64,000 nucleotides of DNA from Bugula neritina (Eukaryota; Animalia; Bryozoa): assembly GCA_964035545.1 (NCBI GenBank), contig OZ037767.1:5720707-5784706 (forward strand). The letters are read 5' to 3'. Both the position numbers and the translations under genes were made by a program. Of the stretch, positions 11,374-24,362 are shown piece by piece; the first letter of the stretch is position 1, and each line of letters opens with the position of its first letter. The notes beneath the pieces are model-generated. The model was not told the DNA's origin, made no database searches, and worked only from the letters and a program-made list of their open reading frames with translations.

Positions 11374-14300
11374 ATGATGAACGACACAAGTGTAAGCCAA
11401 TTACAGATGTCGTTAGTAGTTGCTGCAGAGGTGAAAGATAAGAAAGCTGAAGATGCAGGTAAACAGGTAAGTCATGTTCTCACACATACTAGTAAAGTAG
11501 CTGCTACCACCACTAGTACTGTACATCATATATACTAGTTCCAACTCACACTTAGTATGTGTTATTCTATTAGCGCCACATCTCATTCAACTTGTTATAA
11601 TACTGAACACATAGCTGCAGTTTTAAACATGCTTTCTGATACACAGTGTAGACTAGTAAATTAACACTTTTGTGGAATAGGTGGGCTTATTGTTTGAGTC
11701 CCATAGGATAGATACACAATGAACACTAATACAGAACTGTAGAATTATTTCTTCAGTCACCCAGCTTTGATGCAAATCGAGATTGAAATGTGTGGTATAG
11801 GGTTGGGGTGTAGAATCCAAGAAATTTCACAAGCATGCATGCTACAAATATCAGCTACAACCTGTGCTATTGGAAACAAACTGCAACTCCGGGGTTGGTG
11901 CAGTACTGAAAAAAAATGAGAAAGCCTGTGTTCTAGATTAATAGTAGACATGATTCCATGTTCTTGTTACTTGTATCCTCTACTAGTATGAATGTAGGGA
12001 TATATAGCCTGTATATTATGATCTACTATAATGTCAACATGCGTTGTATGCAGGCAGATTTGGAAAATGACAATGAAGGCAGTATGAAAAGCGCCAATAA
12101 AGTAAGTACTTGGAATTTGTTTTCACCATCAGATGTAGACATACTCTAATTATCATCATAAAAAAATTTACTGGGTATAATTAGTTGTGAATTTGTGACA
12201 ATTGCAATCACCAGCATTCACTCCAATTCGGTTTTTACTTTTCTGATAAATTTGGACTGGGGTCATTGAAGTATTTCCATCTCCATTATATTCTGTTCAC
12301 TTATGAAGTAAACCAAAATACATATCAAATTAAGTAAGAATTTAAGCCCAACGACCAGTATTTCGTCAACAATAATTATGACCCTTTTAGGGCAGCTCAG
12401 ACGAGTCCAAGCAACTGGAGATGGCCGACGAATCATCTGCAACTGAGTCTTACAGATATGATGTGGTACTCTGGCTGTTTGGAATGTTATTCTTCAGCCT
12501 TCTTGTCTCACTGATGTTTGGAATTGGTAAGTAGGCAGGTGTGGTGTGATCAAGTAGGCTGTACTTTAACTCACTCTGTCATATTATTATGAACATTCTT
12601 TGATTAAAGAAACATAATAGATAATGGCCAAACAAAGCCGTGATAGAGAGCACTTTTATTAACTATGTGAATAGGAGCGATACTTGTGCGCATACTGGTT
12701 CTATTCATAATTATTGCGCATTGAACTAACTAATGGTTATGAAAAGATTGGGGTTGTATAACAATGCTGCAGGAGTGTAATGGGTCGCCTTGATTGATCA
12801 TATAACAAGTTAGCTGAATGCATGTGTTATGTTTACCCAGGGTCAACGTCCTATAACCATTAATGTTTTATGCTCAGCTTTTTAGTGTTGAAAGGGTCAG
12901 AATATCTGTGCAGTTATAAAATAGTGTAGTCTACCATTAATCATTATTTTAGCGGATGAATTAATATGAGGCCAGTAACTAGAACTTAGCATTAACTAGA
13001 GATAAGATCATACAGTAATATAATTTGACATTACTCTAATAACAGGATGTGTTGATCATAAGCTATGGTGGGTGTGGCAACACAGGTCAAGGTCAAATAG
13101 AGCACTTGAGTTTAATCTGGTTTTCATAGTTCTAGTTAAGTGGCTTTAAGCTGTAGCTATAAATGTTAATATATCATGTAGTGAGTGTTGGTGTTGTATA
13201 TGATTATATATTTGTTATACAAGATTATATAATATGTCATATAATATATGTAATATCATTTAATATGTTGCATAATATTCACAGTATATATAACAGGTGG
13301 TAATATGTTTTCTTCTAACAGTCAGTATAAATGTTGTTTTAATCCACATTAATAAATCTCCGTCATTTTGCTTTTTCAAAGATCGTCTTTTAAACTTAAT
13401 TTATTGGTTTATGCTTATGTTACATATTACTTCCTTTGGCGCTAAAGTTGTCCATATAATGCTCTCTTTTACCACCGCAAGTAACTTATGTAGATAAAGT
13501 TGAACAGGCTCATACTAATATATCACATTGCCATTGAGTAAGCCCTTCATAGCCTACTAAACTTCACTGTTGCAGGGTCAATCAGAGGGTGGGATGCAGA
13601 CTCAGCCTACAATCATAACATGTCAAACTCTTCTATGGAGAGATTTCTGCCAGAGCCATATACACCAGAACCTGGTGTCTACAAGCGGTAAGAAATCTGT
13701 CACTTTCTGTTAGTACCACAATGCAATGCAATAGTTTTCATGGTGCAATGATGTCTTGGTCAATCCGTAACCATGGTTATTATAAAAAAAGATAAGAAAC
13801 TGCATGTAGTCTGTAGTGACTTCAACTCTCAGAAAAAAGAGGATGACTCTAAATATGCATAACCCATGTTGATGAATAAGTGTTATATGGTTTTATAACT
13901 TTTTTACAATCATAGTTCATGATTTTAGATAAATTTCCAGGCTAATGATAAGTGAAATAGTGAGATTGACAATGCTGTGTATGCTGATTTATTATGTGTA
14001 CCTGCGTTTGCCTTAGTCTTAGCTATAGTGCTAAGTGCTATAGTGCTAATAGTAGTTTATAGTCACAGTCATGTTAGCTGAAGGACATTAGAGTGACTAT
14101 AAGTGCTTGTGGTATAAGATTCAGTTTTTTCTTCAGTTCGAGACTGAGTTGATACTGTTCTAGCAATATACTACTGCATTGTAATACAACTTTGTAAAGT
14201 AATGGGCTCCAAGTTAGATTTACATCTGCACTAATAGCCTTATGAACCTCAACCAATATAAATATACCTTTCTGGGTGTTTAGAAGGTTGACCCTGTGTT

Positions 14301-17300
14301 TACAAAATAAGATTTCAGCTTAGTTTATGATGCTTAACAGCATTATAAGCTATATTTATTTTAGTTGAGTGCAAAAGTTAGCTCATAATGTATATGTAAT
14401 CATTATTATTATGAAGTGAAAATTATAATTGATGAATTTAATTCCTTTTTGATTACCTACAAGTATAATGACTGCTATAGCCAGAGATGTTGTGTACAAG
14501 TATGCTTATGTTTGTGCATATTATGTGTATACACTGATTGTACATCATTATACATACATGTATTTCAGATGCCACACTTATTGCTGCTACTTGAAACATT
14601 TCATCATTCTCTAAAAATGAAATTGATATTTATTGTTCTGATATATTGATATAATAATATTATGACATATTGATATACTATTATGATATATTGATATATA
14701 ATTTTTACCTGCAGATCAGATAAAGAGGCTTCCAGTAGATGGTATTACTGGAAGTTGAAGCCTGAGGATGTGACTCCAGGCACAAAATTGTTTGTGTGGT
14801 TCAGCTACTGTCTCCATAACCTGTCAGTCTGGCTGGTGCTCTATCTCCAGCATAAGCAGAAGGTTTGTCACAGAAGTAGCTACATTGGGAAGATAACTTC
14901 CATATAACTGTACAAAACGTGTTATACAAAATACAAGTGCAGGTCAAAATCAATGCACTTAGTCATATCTACTGACATGTAGAAAGCAATAAATCAGACT
15001 TGAGACTCCTTAAACATTAAAACACGCTGAATTAACTAATGCAGTTTAGTTAACTTCTGCTATTATAGGTTTGGATGGGTAATCTTTACTTTAGTTTGAT
15101 TTTAGTTGGTTCTAATTGTTGTCATTTCAAATGTTCAAGGGGATCTATCTAATTCAATCATCATATATTCAAGCTGGTTTCAAACCCAAAATATTATTTT
15201 TAAACTTTTCCTATTTTAATGATAGCCTAGGTTTCTTGTAGCATAATTTGATGAGCGATGTTTGCATTTTAGAGCTTTCCTGACGTAAACGGAAAATATG
15301 AGAAGAAATATTCTAATACACCAGATAAATATAATCTAATACTCTTTGGTTTAAACATCTTCTTTCATCTCCTGCATCTGCTGAACACTCACACCACGTA
15401 CGATGGTACGGCTGGTGACGCTAGCGAGGCCAGTTCTCAAAGTGAGTCAGTTTTTTCATTCTCAAAATGGGTCATTCAAGAATGTTTTACAATTATTATT
15501 ATTCTTTTAAAGATATTTCTGTACAAATTGTTATGGAATATAGTGAGCTTATAGCTCTAACACCTAGATGAGTTTATTCCATTAATAAAAACCTCTTGCT
15601 TGGCCTTTTGAAATCATATATTGTTTGACAACGGGTAACATTTCTGGTCATACAATTTTCAGGTGTTGGAATCACATTAGTTTTTGGAGTAATGATAAGA
15701 TTTACAGCCTTTGTGCCTTTCAGCAAAAAGCTAGCTTGCTTCTGGATGTTTGATACACTTTTTGATTTCATTTTCTAACAGATTACTTTGTTGTGATAGA
15801 TTACTTAGCTTGTGATAGATTGATGCTATCAGAAATATTCTTAAAAAAGTTATGAGCATTTGTTTGAAATGCAGTTGTGGGCATTTGTCACATAAGTGTA
15901 TTTATTATCTGTGCTCTAAGTCTGTGACTTGCAATCACAGCAGACTCACTATTTTCATTTTCGATGTAATTGATGTTCATACTTACAAATAAGCCTTGAT
16001 AGCTTAATATTTCTGTCATATAAAACTATATTATGCAATATGTTGCTAAATATTATATATAATATTAAAGTGCTTAATAAATCTTTTTTTTTTGTAGGTT
16101 GTATGATTGTAGCGCTAATAATTATGCTCTTTATTGAGTTTAAAGACAGAGGGGTGGTATTTGGTTACCCGTCCCCTTACCAGCTAAGAAAATATCAAGA
16201 TTCTGTTTGGATGAGCCCAGTATATATTTTGAGAAAGTACCATGGATATTTCATCTACTGGGCTGTCATATTTACTTTCTGGTACCACCCAATGGAGAAT
16301 ACCTTCGGGCATGCATTTGGCTTCGCACATACTTGGTTTTTGATGCTGCAGGGTAAGTTATGGCTTACAGTTTTGTTTTGATTACTAAATAATTAAAACT
16401 AATTTTCAAAAGAAAATATTAGCCGATTCCTCGATCATTATTGTAAATTCAATTGAAAATAAAAACTAACACTAATTACTTTATGATACCTGTCAGTTGA
16501 ACTGAAGTAATTCAGAATAAATCTATGATCTATTATAACAAATTATCTCTATAAATGGTTATTTTATATAGGATATAGCATAATATAATACAATTACATA
16601 TAATATCTTATTATAACATAATATTTATATATAACTTCATACTATAATGCAGGCAGCCTAACGTTCACCAACCTACATCTGAACAAGTACTGGAGGTTCA
16701 CACTGGAGGTTTGGGTCACCATACACTCTGGAGTGGTGGCGGTACAAACTGTGCCCAATATCATGGGTAAAGAAATCTGGCCTATGTTTGTCTTTGGCTT
16801 TTCTATGGCTATCATCCTCACACAGGTATGTGGAGAACATAACTTCTCGTACATTACGTTGATATTCAACTGCTACTAGTAATGCATTGAAATGTCAAAT
16901 ATGTTGCATTAATTTACGATTATTATTATAATCATACTTTGGAGTTATGTTAACATATGAGTTTTGTAGTGAACCAAATAAAACTTCACTTCCTGTTAAA
17001 CAAAACAACAAAATACAACATATTATACTAAATGTTTGACTTCAAATTTTGTTTCATCTTTTGACTAGAACATTTTCATAATAATAAATACGCACAAACT
17101 ACTCTCTGAAATGATCCAATTGAAGTCGAGTAAAGAATCGACGTTTTTGCATTTGGCATTTTAATTTGTTTCTACTAACTTTGTGTGCTGCAGCTAACTT
17201 AACTTACGTCTACTTTATTATGATATAACTAATCGGGCTTAAAAACTGTTTGTCTATCAAATACTTGCTAACAAGTGCCTTAATAAGATTTTTATGTGCT

Positions 17301-17949
17301 ACAACTTGTATCAATGGTTTGTTTGTGCTCAACCTTATAACAAAAAATTTGACCAATCCTCCTAGTTCACAAGCTATTCTTTTCAGTGTTGTGCTGAAAC
17401 TTCATGTTTATATGTTGTGATATGTTTTAGCTATATGGGCTGCCATTTTGGAAGAATATCCCATCCTGGACTAGAGCGATCCCAGTTGCCGTATACACCA
17501 TAATTGTAGTCACATCCTACAGTTTCATACGAGACGCACAAGGAAGGCCATTTACCAGACTCCAGGAAATAATTAGAATTCCCGGAATATACTATTTGAT
17601 TCTCCTCATTGGCTGGTTGATAATTGTTGCAATTGCTAAGCTACAAAGAATATATGCTGCTAAGAGCATCTCTAGCTCAAAGGCGGGAATCAACAAGCAA
17701 GAGAGCAAGGAAGGGGCGCCGGCTCCCCTTCCCCGCTGGAAAGAAGTGTTGGTTTTGCTGGCTACTGTGACAACTTACGCAGTTTCAGTGTTTCTATCTT
17801 GGATCTTTGAGTATATTGACTTTAAAATCAACTTGGTCGCTTTGTCAATGCTTTACTGTTTTGGCTTCACTCTTATCTCTGCTGTTTTTGGCTCATTCCT
17901 CCTCAAAATGGTAATTCCTCTTCAAAGGGCTCGGCCATCTTCAAGTTAA
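11374..17949 (+). CDS. His-rich polytopic membrane protein of unknown function, tandem copy 2 (~550 aa). Exons 11374-11466, 12054-12101, 12391-12526, 13576-13687, 14715-14862, 15273-15441, 16098-16352, 16653-16825, 17431-17949
   Basis: Nine exons totalling 1653 nt (551 codons), canonical splice sites, consistent phases. Acidic N-terminus, then a first TM helix (VVLWLFGMLFFSLLVSLMFGIG), then the same motifs as copy 1. An acceptor (TTTCAG) directly precedes the ATG, implying an upstream non-coding exon. Confidence 0.88.
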
Positions 17950-19684
17950 AACATTATTTTAATTCCACTCAAGCTATCTAAATACTATAGTTCTATTATA
18001 ATGTATATAATATATATTTCGTATACTTTTTATTGTGATACATAATTGCCTTTCATTTTGTTGGCATTGCCAAACATTTTCTCATTTATATAGATATCAC
18101 TTTGTGAGTTATTCTTACATAACAATTAGTTAACATTTTTTAAAATTTCTCTGGTAAAAAAATAAGTTTACTGTGCATGTTATACTTATTTTATTTTTCT
18201 AGACACTTACTTTAGTCTATAATATGTGTGATAATCAAGTAAATGTTATACACAATGTCAAGCAAGAAAATGTAATGATCAACTTTGCTCAATCACGTGG
18301 TGTGAACTATTAAATAATATACTTTCACTTTATATTGTAATAAAAAAAACTAAATATATAACCTAATTCTTTGAACACCTCCCTTCTTTTATCATGTATA
18401 CCAAAGCTTAAATCAGCACAAAAAGCCCGATGATTCATTTTCTGAAGACTCTGTGATGGCTGTGTTTTTGCAAAGTCTTCAATGTATATTTCCTGTAATA
18501 AATTTGAAAACTTGTCACTTAAAATGGGCATGCAACTGATAATATATAAAATATTGGTTGATGCTATCCTCTTTCAAAATCGGCGAATGCAGTACAACAT
18601 GAACAAGTAGATCATATGCTACAGAAAGTCCATGCAGTACGTACTGTATAAGCAAGTCAATATGGTGAATTTGTTTATACTTCCTAATATAGCTTTTATA
18701 TGATGATAATGCACTGATTATCTATTATTGATGCTTTGCAGGCTGGTTGTATTACCTACTGTTTATTATATACTCTACTAAATGCGCATTGTCTTTTAAC
18801 ATTCTTTATAAATGTTTTATAGTAGAAGTTGTTTCCCCTTAAATACTACCATTACTGCAGGACTGCTTATAATGGATGGTATAGAGTAACTTTTCTTTTG
18901 CATAAATTATATCATGGAATAGTGTATTATGTAATTAATTTGCTCAGCTAGAAGAAGGACAACTCCAAATGTACTGGCTGACCCATGACGTAGTCATTAG
19001 CGAAGTAGGTAGTTAACAATGCAAAGCCATCCGTAGTCCGAAGTATCATTAATTATCAGTTGGTGCTAGATAAAGGCATGTCAACACCTTCATAAAGCTG
19101 CACGGTTCTGTTAGTATTGATAGCTGCAGTGCATTTGACTAGTACTGTAAGTGTAAGTAATTTGGTAAAGTAAGTATCTAGTAAATATGATACTATTCAT
19201 AGCTTAGTGCAGCTAAAAATAACTGTAAACTTGCATCGTATTTTCTTACAGTAATCTTGTTGCACAAAAGGAGTAAACAATTAGATTTGAGTGCAGGTTA
19301 TATTTACAATAGAAGCTGTGAGCTATTGCTCTAGCTATGATACTTGTTACAAGGCAATTAATATACTGAGTATTATAATAGTAGTAGTTGTATTGAAAGT
19401 AGCTGTGGTAGCTGCAGTAGTAGTAGAGCACTAGTCGTAATATAGCATCCTGTGTCAGTAGTTGCTCGACTGTAACTAGCAGAACAGTCAAGGGTGAAGT
19501 TAAGGACTGGTAGCAGCATTGGCAATCTCAGTGCAGGTGCTTCATTGCAGATATCAGATTAGTGTCTCTTGGCTTAGCTACAGGTTGGCCATACCAATTC
19601 TAATAATACTGAATATATCAAATGAGTGGAGTGTTAGATAGGTTAGGTACTCTCTAAACTCGAACATGTAGCAACAGGTCCAGT

Positions 19685-19887
19685 TAGCTACTGGCCCAGG
19701 TAGCTACTGGCCCAGGTAGCTACTGGCCCAGGTAGCTACTGGCCCAGGTAGCTACTGGCCCAGGTAGCTACTGGCCCAGGTAGCTACTGGCCCAGGTAGC
19801 TACTGGCCCAGGTAGCTACTGGCCCAGGTAGCTACTGGCCCAGGTAGCTACTGGCCCAGGTAGCTACTGGCCCAGGTAGCTACTGGC
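19685..19887. repeat. 16-bp tandem minisatellite (TAGCTACTGGCCCAGG), about 12.5 copies
   Basis: Essentially perfect direct repeats with no spacers, upstream of the NPL-like start codon. Confidence 0.95.
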
Positions 19888-20087
19888 TCATGCAACTGTG
19901 AAATTTTGAGTAGAAAGGATGGGAATATGTAGTTCTGTTAGGCACAACTAATATAAAGGGCAAACAATTATGTTATTAGTTAGTAATTTTGACTACATTG
20001 TTATCAACAGCATAATTATATTATATAATATGCATATTATATAAGTGAATGTGACATAATAATGTTGTTGCAGAACACACAAACACC

Positions 20088-23000
20088 ATGAAAAAGATAA
20101 TCTTCTCCAGCATTCAGCAGTCAGTGAAATCGAGAGTTGTTACCACTATACGCCAAGCTAGCTCTCTGGTAGGCTGATATTATTTTGCATGCGCCATTTT
20201 GAATGATAGCAGAAAAGATTGCATTTTGCCATAATTGCTTATAAGACTGATTCTTCACAATCATCTTACTTGTAATCTTACCTGGTACCTACTCATTATA
20301 CCAGTTGAATTTACTATGATGCATACATTTTACTAAACTAAAAACTGTTTTAGCCTGCTGGTCTAAACCCTAGAGGAAGCATCGCTGCTCCATTTACCCC
20401 CTTTAAAGACAATGGGTGAGTAAGCAATGTTTTCTACTAACAATTTCAAACACCTCTTGGATCCAAACTATAAATATTTGGCATTGCTAGTAATCAATGC
20501 GCAGTGTTTACTACATGACCAAAAACCAATGTGTATATTAAATAGTATAGAAGCTAAGCTGCTTAGTGACTGCCTCCTCGGGACACATGCACTTTTATAT
20601 AATATAGACTACATGTGTTGTTGGTGCATACTAACAAATTCTAGAAGTAAACTTTTGATCAGCATATACTTGTTTGTGTGGCCTATAATGTATGCAGGCT
20701 TAACTAGTATTAAACAACACACAGTTTTTAAAGCTTACAACAGATTCTTATATTAGCTTGTGTTGTAGATATCTTGTTGTTTTTTGTACCTTCAATAGTT
20801 TGCTACTGGGCTGTATATTTTTTGCTAGACTACATGTTATAATGAACAAAGGGTACTATTACCTATACTAATAATCATTATAATATATACATACTAAACT
20901 TTTCTATATATTAGATGGTAAATCAAATACAATTCCAAACACCTTGGTCCAGAATGTAGATAGTAGTGCATATTGCTACATCAGGTTGACTTACAATTTC
21001 TTACCGCTTATAAAGATAATTAAATCGAATAATGAAGAGTTATTCAAACTTAAATTCTTTACCGTATTAGTTCCTCATCTTAGCTGATATTTTGTGTGAT
21101 AGATGGTAGGCTATTGTAATTACTTATAGTATGTTCTCCCCTGTGTTACAGTGATATGGACTTCAGTCTAATACCAACACATGTAGAATATCTGAAAAGA
21201 TTAAGTGTCCCTAGCTTATTTGGTAAGTTGCAATAACAACCATTAAATTATTGTATTATTATAACTGTCATATTTAACTTAAAAATGAAAAAGTAAGTAG
21301 CAAAATTATACATTCCAAAGAATTGGTAGAATGTTTACATAAATTAAACATAGCAGTTGTTATGAATCTGCCACATAAAGTGACTTCCCTGTTGACCACA
21401 TTGAACAAATGGCAACTGAAAGTGTGTGGAAACTTCATAAGCTTAACCTACAATACTGAATAAATCTTACGTGAAAAGTTCCTATAGGATTTAATTGACT
21501 AACTGCAGTTTAGATATTCCAATTTCTTTGTTTTTGTTTTGCAGCTGTATTAATTTATTTCAATTGCACACTATTAAAAAATATAATACTATTATTATTT
21601 CAAGCTCAAAAAACAGTAAAGTTGAACGTAAACATAGTTATTAATTATTAATTGTTTGCTCAGTTTTCATTTTTTACCCACACAACTCCTGTAGATATTT
21701 TTTATCTGAAATTTGGGTCAACAGAGGCAGATGTATTTCGAACAGCTTTATATGTTTTACAATCTCTTGCAATCTTTATTTTGCTGTTTTCTTAGTAAAT
21801 GGAACCACTGGAGAAGGCTTGTCATTGACTACACAAGAAAGAAAGAAAATAACAGAAGCATGGCTTGACAACAAAGCGCAGTTTGAACACATGATTTTTC
21901 ATATAGGTGCAGGCAATCTGAGAGACAGTCAGGAACTGGTAAAAAAGAATAATTCCAACACCATAAATTATACTCACTAGCACAGATTATAATATGCTAA
22001 AAATATATATTTCTTTTAAGTTACAATATTATATTATAGGTTTACTAATGTCTTAAGAATATAATTTATAATGAAAGAAAAAATTGCATGCTATATTTCT
22101 TGCTTTAAAGTATCAAAATTACTTTTAACTTTTTCACCTGATGTTATGTTTTTAGGCAGCACATAGCGAGAGTGTGAACGTAGATGCTATTGCCTGCATC
22201 TCTCCTAGCTATTTCAAGCCACAGAGAGTAGAGGACCTAGTAGAATACATGAGACAAGTAGCGGAGGCGGCTCCAAACACCCCCTTCTATCTTTATGATA
22301 TCAACTTTATGACTCAAGTCTATTGTGAGTTCTTACTTATTGCTAGGCTTTAATAAAAGAATGAATGTTTCAACTAAATATATTTAAAGTTTTATACATT
22401 ACTGCCGTAAAAAATGGAAATCATCATTGTATAACAGAAGAGTTGTCTTCCTTTTTGACATGTTGACAAAATATCAAACACCTGGAAAAAGCAGATGACT
22501 CCTATTTTATTACAGTAATTGGAATGTTGCTAAACAAATGTCTTTATGACAAAATCAGTACTTCTGTGCTGCTTTGAAGCAATGATTTTAGATAAAAAAG
22601 TTTTTAGTCAACGTGGTTTCTCTTTGAAATCAGTCTCAATCAACTGCAGACTATTAATCTACGGTATATTATGTACTTACAGTGAGTAACCCAGAATTCT
22701 TAGAATTGGCCCAGAGTAAGATACCGACACTAGTAGGTATCAAACATTCTTCCCCAGAACTGAACAGTCTAATGAGATGTCATGTAATGGGCAATGAAAA
22801 GTACCAAATACTACTGGGTAGTGATGATGTAAGTGCAAGAATAAAATAATTGATGTATAATTTACTCATAATGTGTAACTAATCAAATTGTTATCAGTTT
22901 TTCTCATACAAAAATATTTTATTTTACTTCGGCATACGTAGCATTAAATAAGAAACACTCTATATTGACTAACGCAAATGATAAAATTTCAATTTTGAAG

Positions 23001-23960
23001 TTTGAGACGTTGAATAGAAATTATCTACTCTCTAAAGATGGATGACAATTGAAATGTAAAATACACCTGTTCTTATTAGAAAAGTTCATTTTTTAAACTC
23101 TTTAACTACAAGAGAAAGATACTAAATGCATGCATGTTTTCTGGCAGCAAGTAGGTTTAAAATACTTGGTAGGGTAAGATTTTTCAAAATAACACAACAG
23201 TTGCTGAATACTTGCAGACAATGTTGCCAGCCTTATCTATGGGAATAACTAACTCAGTACCAAGCTGTTTCATGACTCCTTTACACAACAAAATAAGAGA
23301 GGCGTTTAGTAAAGGTGATATGGAAACTGCTCAACACACTCAGGTAGGAGAAGGCAACTTCTAGTAGGAGCAGTTGTAATATTAGCCAATTGGCAAAATG
23401 CCACATCATATGAAATGGTAGTTATTATATTTGTGTGTAATGTGTTTATGTATATCAAGCTGTCTTGACTTTTGCTTTCCTCTTCTGATTACCAAATCAG
23501 TACGAAACTGAGACTCTTACAAGATGATTCATAAGCTGGTATTGTGCAGTGAATTTCTTGATTTGCTCCACTCTGATCAAATTATTTGCTAGGTATATAG
23601 TATGTATAGAAAACTCAGAACAAAAATATGCAAGTGTAAAAGTGTATTTAAAATTTTATCAGCAAGTCACTTATTTGAAAATTAAACAACAAACTTGTTG
23701 AAAACTAAATACTACTTTAAACTGTACCCGGTTATTGAACAGTTCATGTAATTTTTTAGCTGCAATGTATGGAGATAGCTGCTACAAGAGCTAAGTACGC
23801 AAGTGGTGCAGGATTGTTTGTGGCATCACGGGCTATGATGAAGATGTTGGGGTGCGATCTAGGCCCCCCTAGGCTGCCCCTCGTACCTATGGAACCGTCC
23901 AAATACCAGTCATTGGAAACTGAGCTGAGGCAATGTGGATTTTTTGACATACTGTCTTAG
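20088..23960 (+). CDS. NPL: N-acetylneuraminate lyase-like class I aldolase (DHDPS/NAL family), ~332 aa. Exons 20088-20168, 20354-20415, 21152-21222, 21796-21938, 22156-22324, 22683-22828, 23218-23343, 23760-23960
   Basis: Exons total 999 nt in frame. Motifs IAAPFTPF, VNGTTGEGLSL, AAPNTPFYLYDI (catalytic Tyr position), GIKHSS (Schiff-base Lys), LLGSDD, DLGPPRLPL; Kozak-like CACCATG. Orthology to vertebrate NPL is not certain. Confidence 0.9.
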
Positions 23961-24362
23961 CTGTCGGATATTTTAAACCCAACTTTACATAAAGAAAACA
24001 ATTTATGGCTACACTTAAATAATATTATATTCCAGCAAGCTACGCCCATTAATTTGTAGTAATGATGAATTTACTATATAAGCTAACGCAGCAGAGTACT
24101 GAAATATATATGCACGCATACACATGTTACCCGCAAGGGTTAAAACGGTTACGGTGAGAAACGGTGAGAATACACATGTAGGGGAAACGCTTTTTACATA
24201 ATAACAAATAATGCTTACAATAAACTTGACAAATTTTTGCTTGTAAAGTTTAAACCACATGTATTTAATAAAAATATCATTTTCAATATAAGCACACAAA
24301 AAGAGTTAGAACTTAAATTTGAAAAATGAAAAAAATTTAATATTTTTTATTAAAAATTGAAG

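Larger units (their letters stand above)
1..20696 (+). repeat. Tandem segmental duplication: 1-~6670 is paralogous to 13942-~20696 (offset ~13.9-14.0 kb)
   Basis: Position 1 CTAATGATAAGTGAAATAG recurs at 13942. Exons, introns and intergenic DNA are colinear up to GTGGCCTATAATGTATG (~6667 / ~20695), after which similarity ends. Confidence 0.95.

Noticed and set aside
19622-19646. Alternative aldolase start ATGAGTGGAGTG...
   Set aside because: The plausible donors are out of phase with exon 2, and the segment is absent from the duplicate; 20088 fits phase, Kozak context and conservation.
19685-19887. Regular repeat array resembling CRISPR
   Set aside because: The 16-bp units are contiguous with no unique spacers, there are no cas genes and the context is eukaryotic; it is a minisatellite.
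24128-24144. ACCC-GCAA-GGGT GNRA hairpin in the aldolase 3'UTR
   Set aside because: The stem is too short to distinguish from chance.
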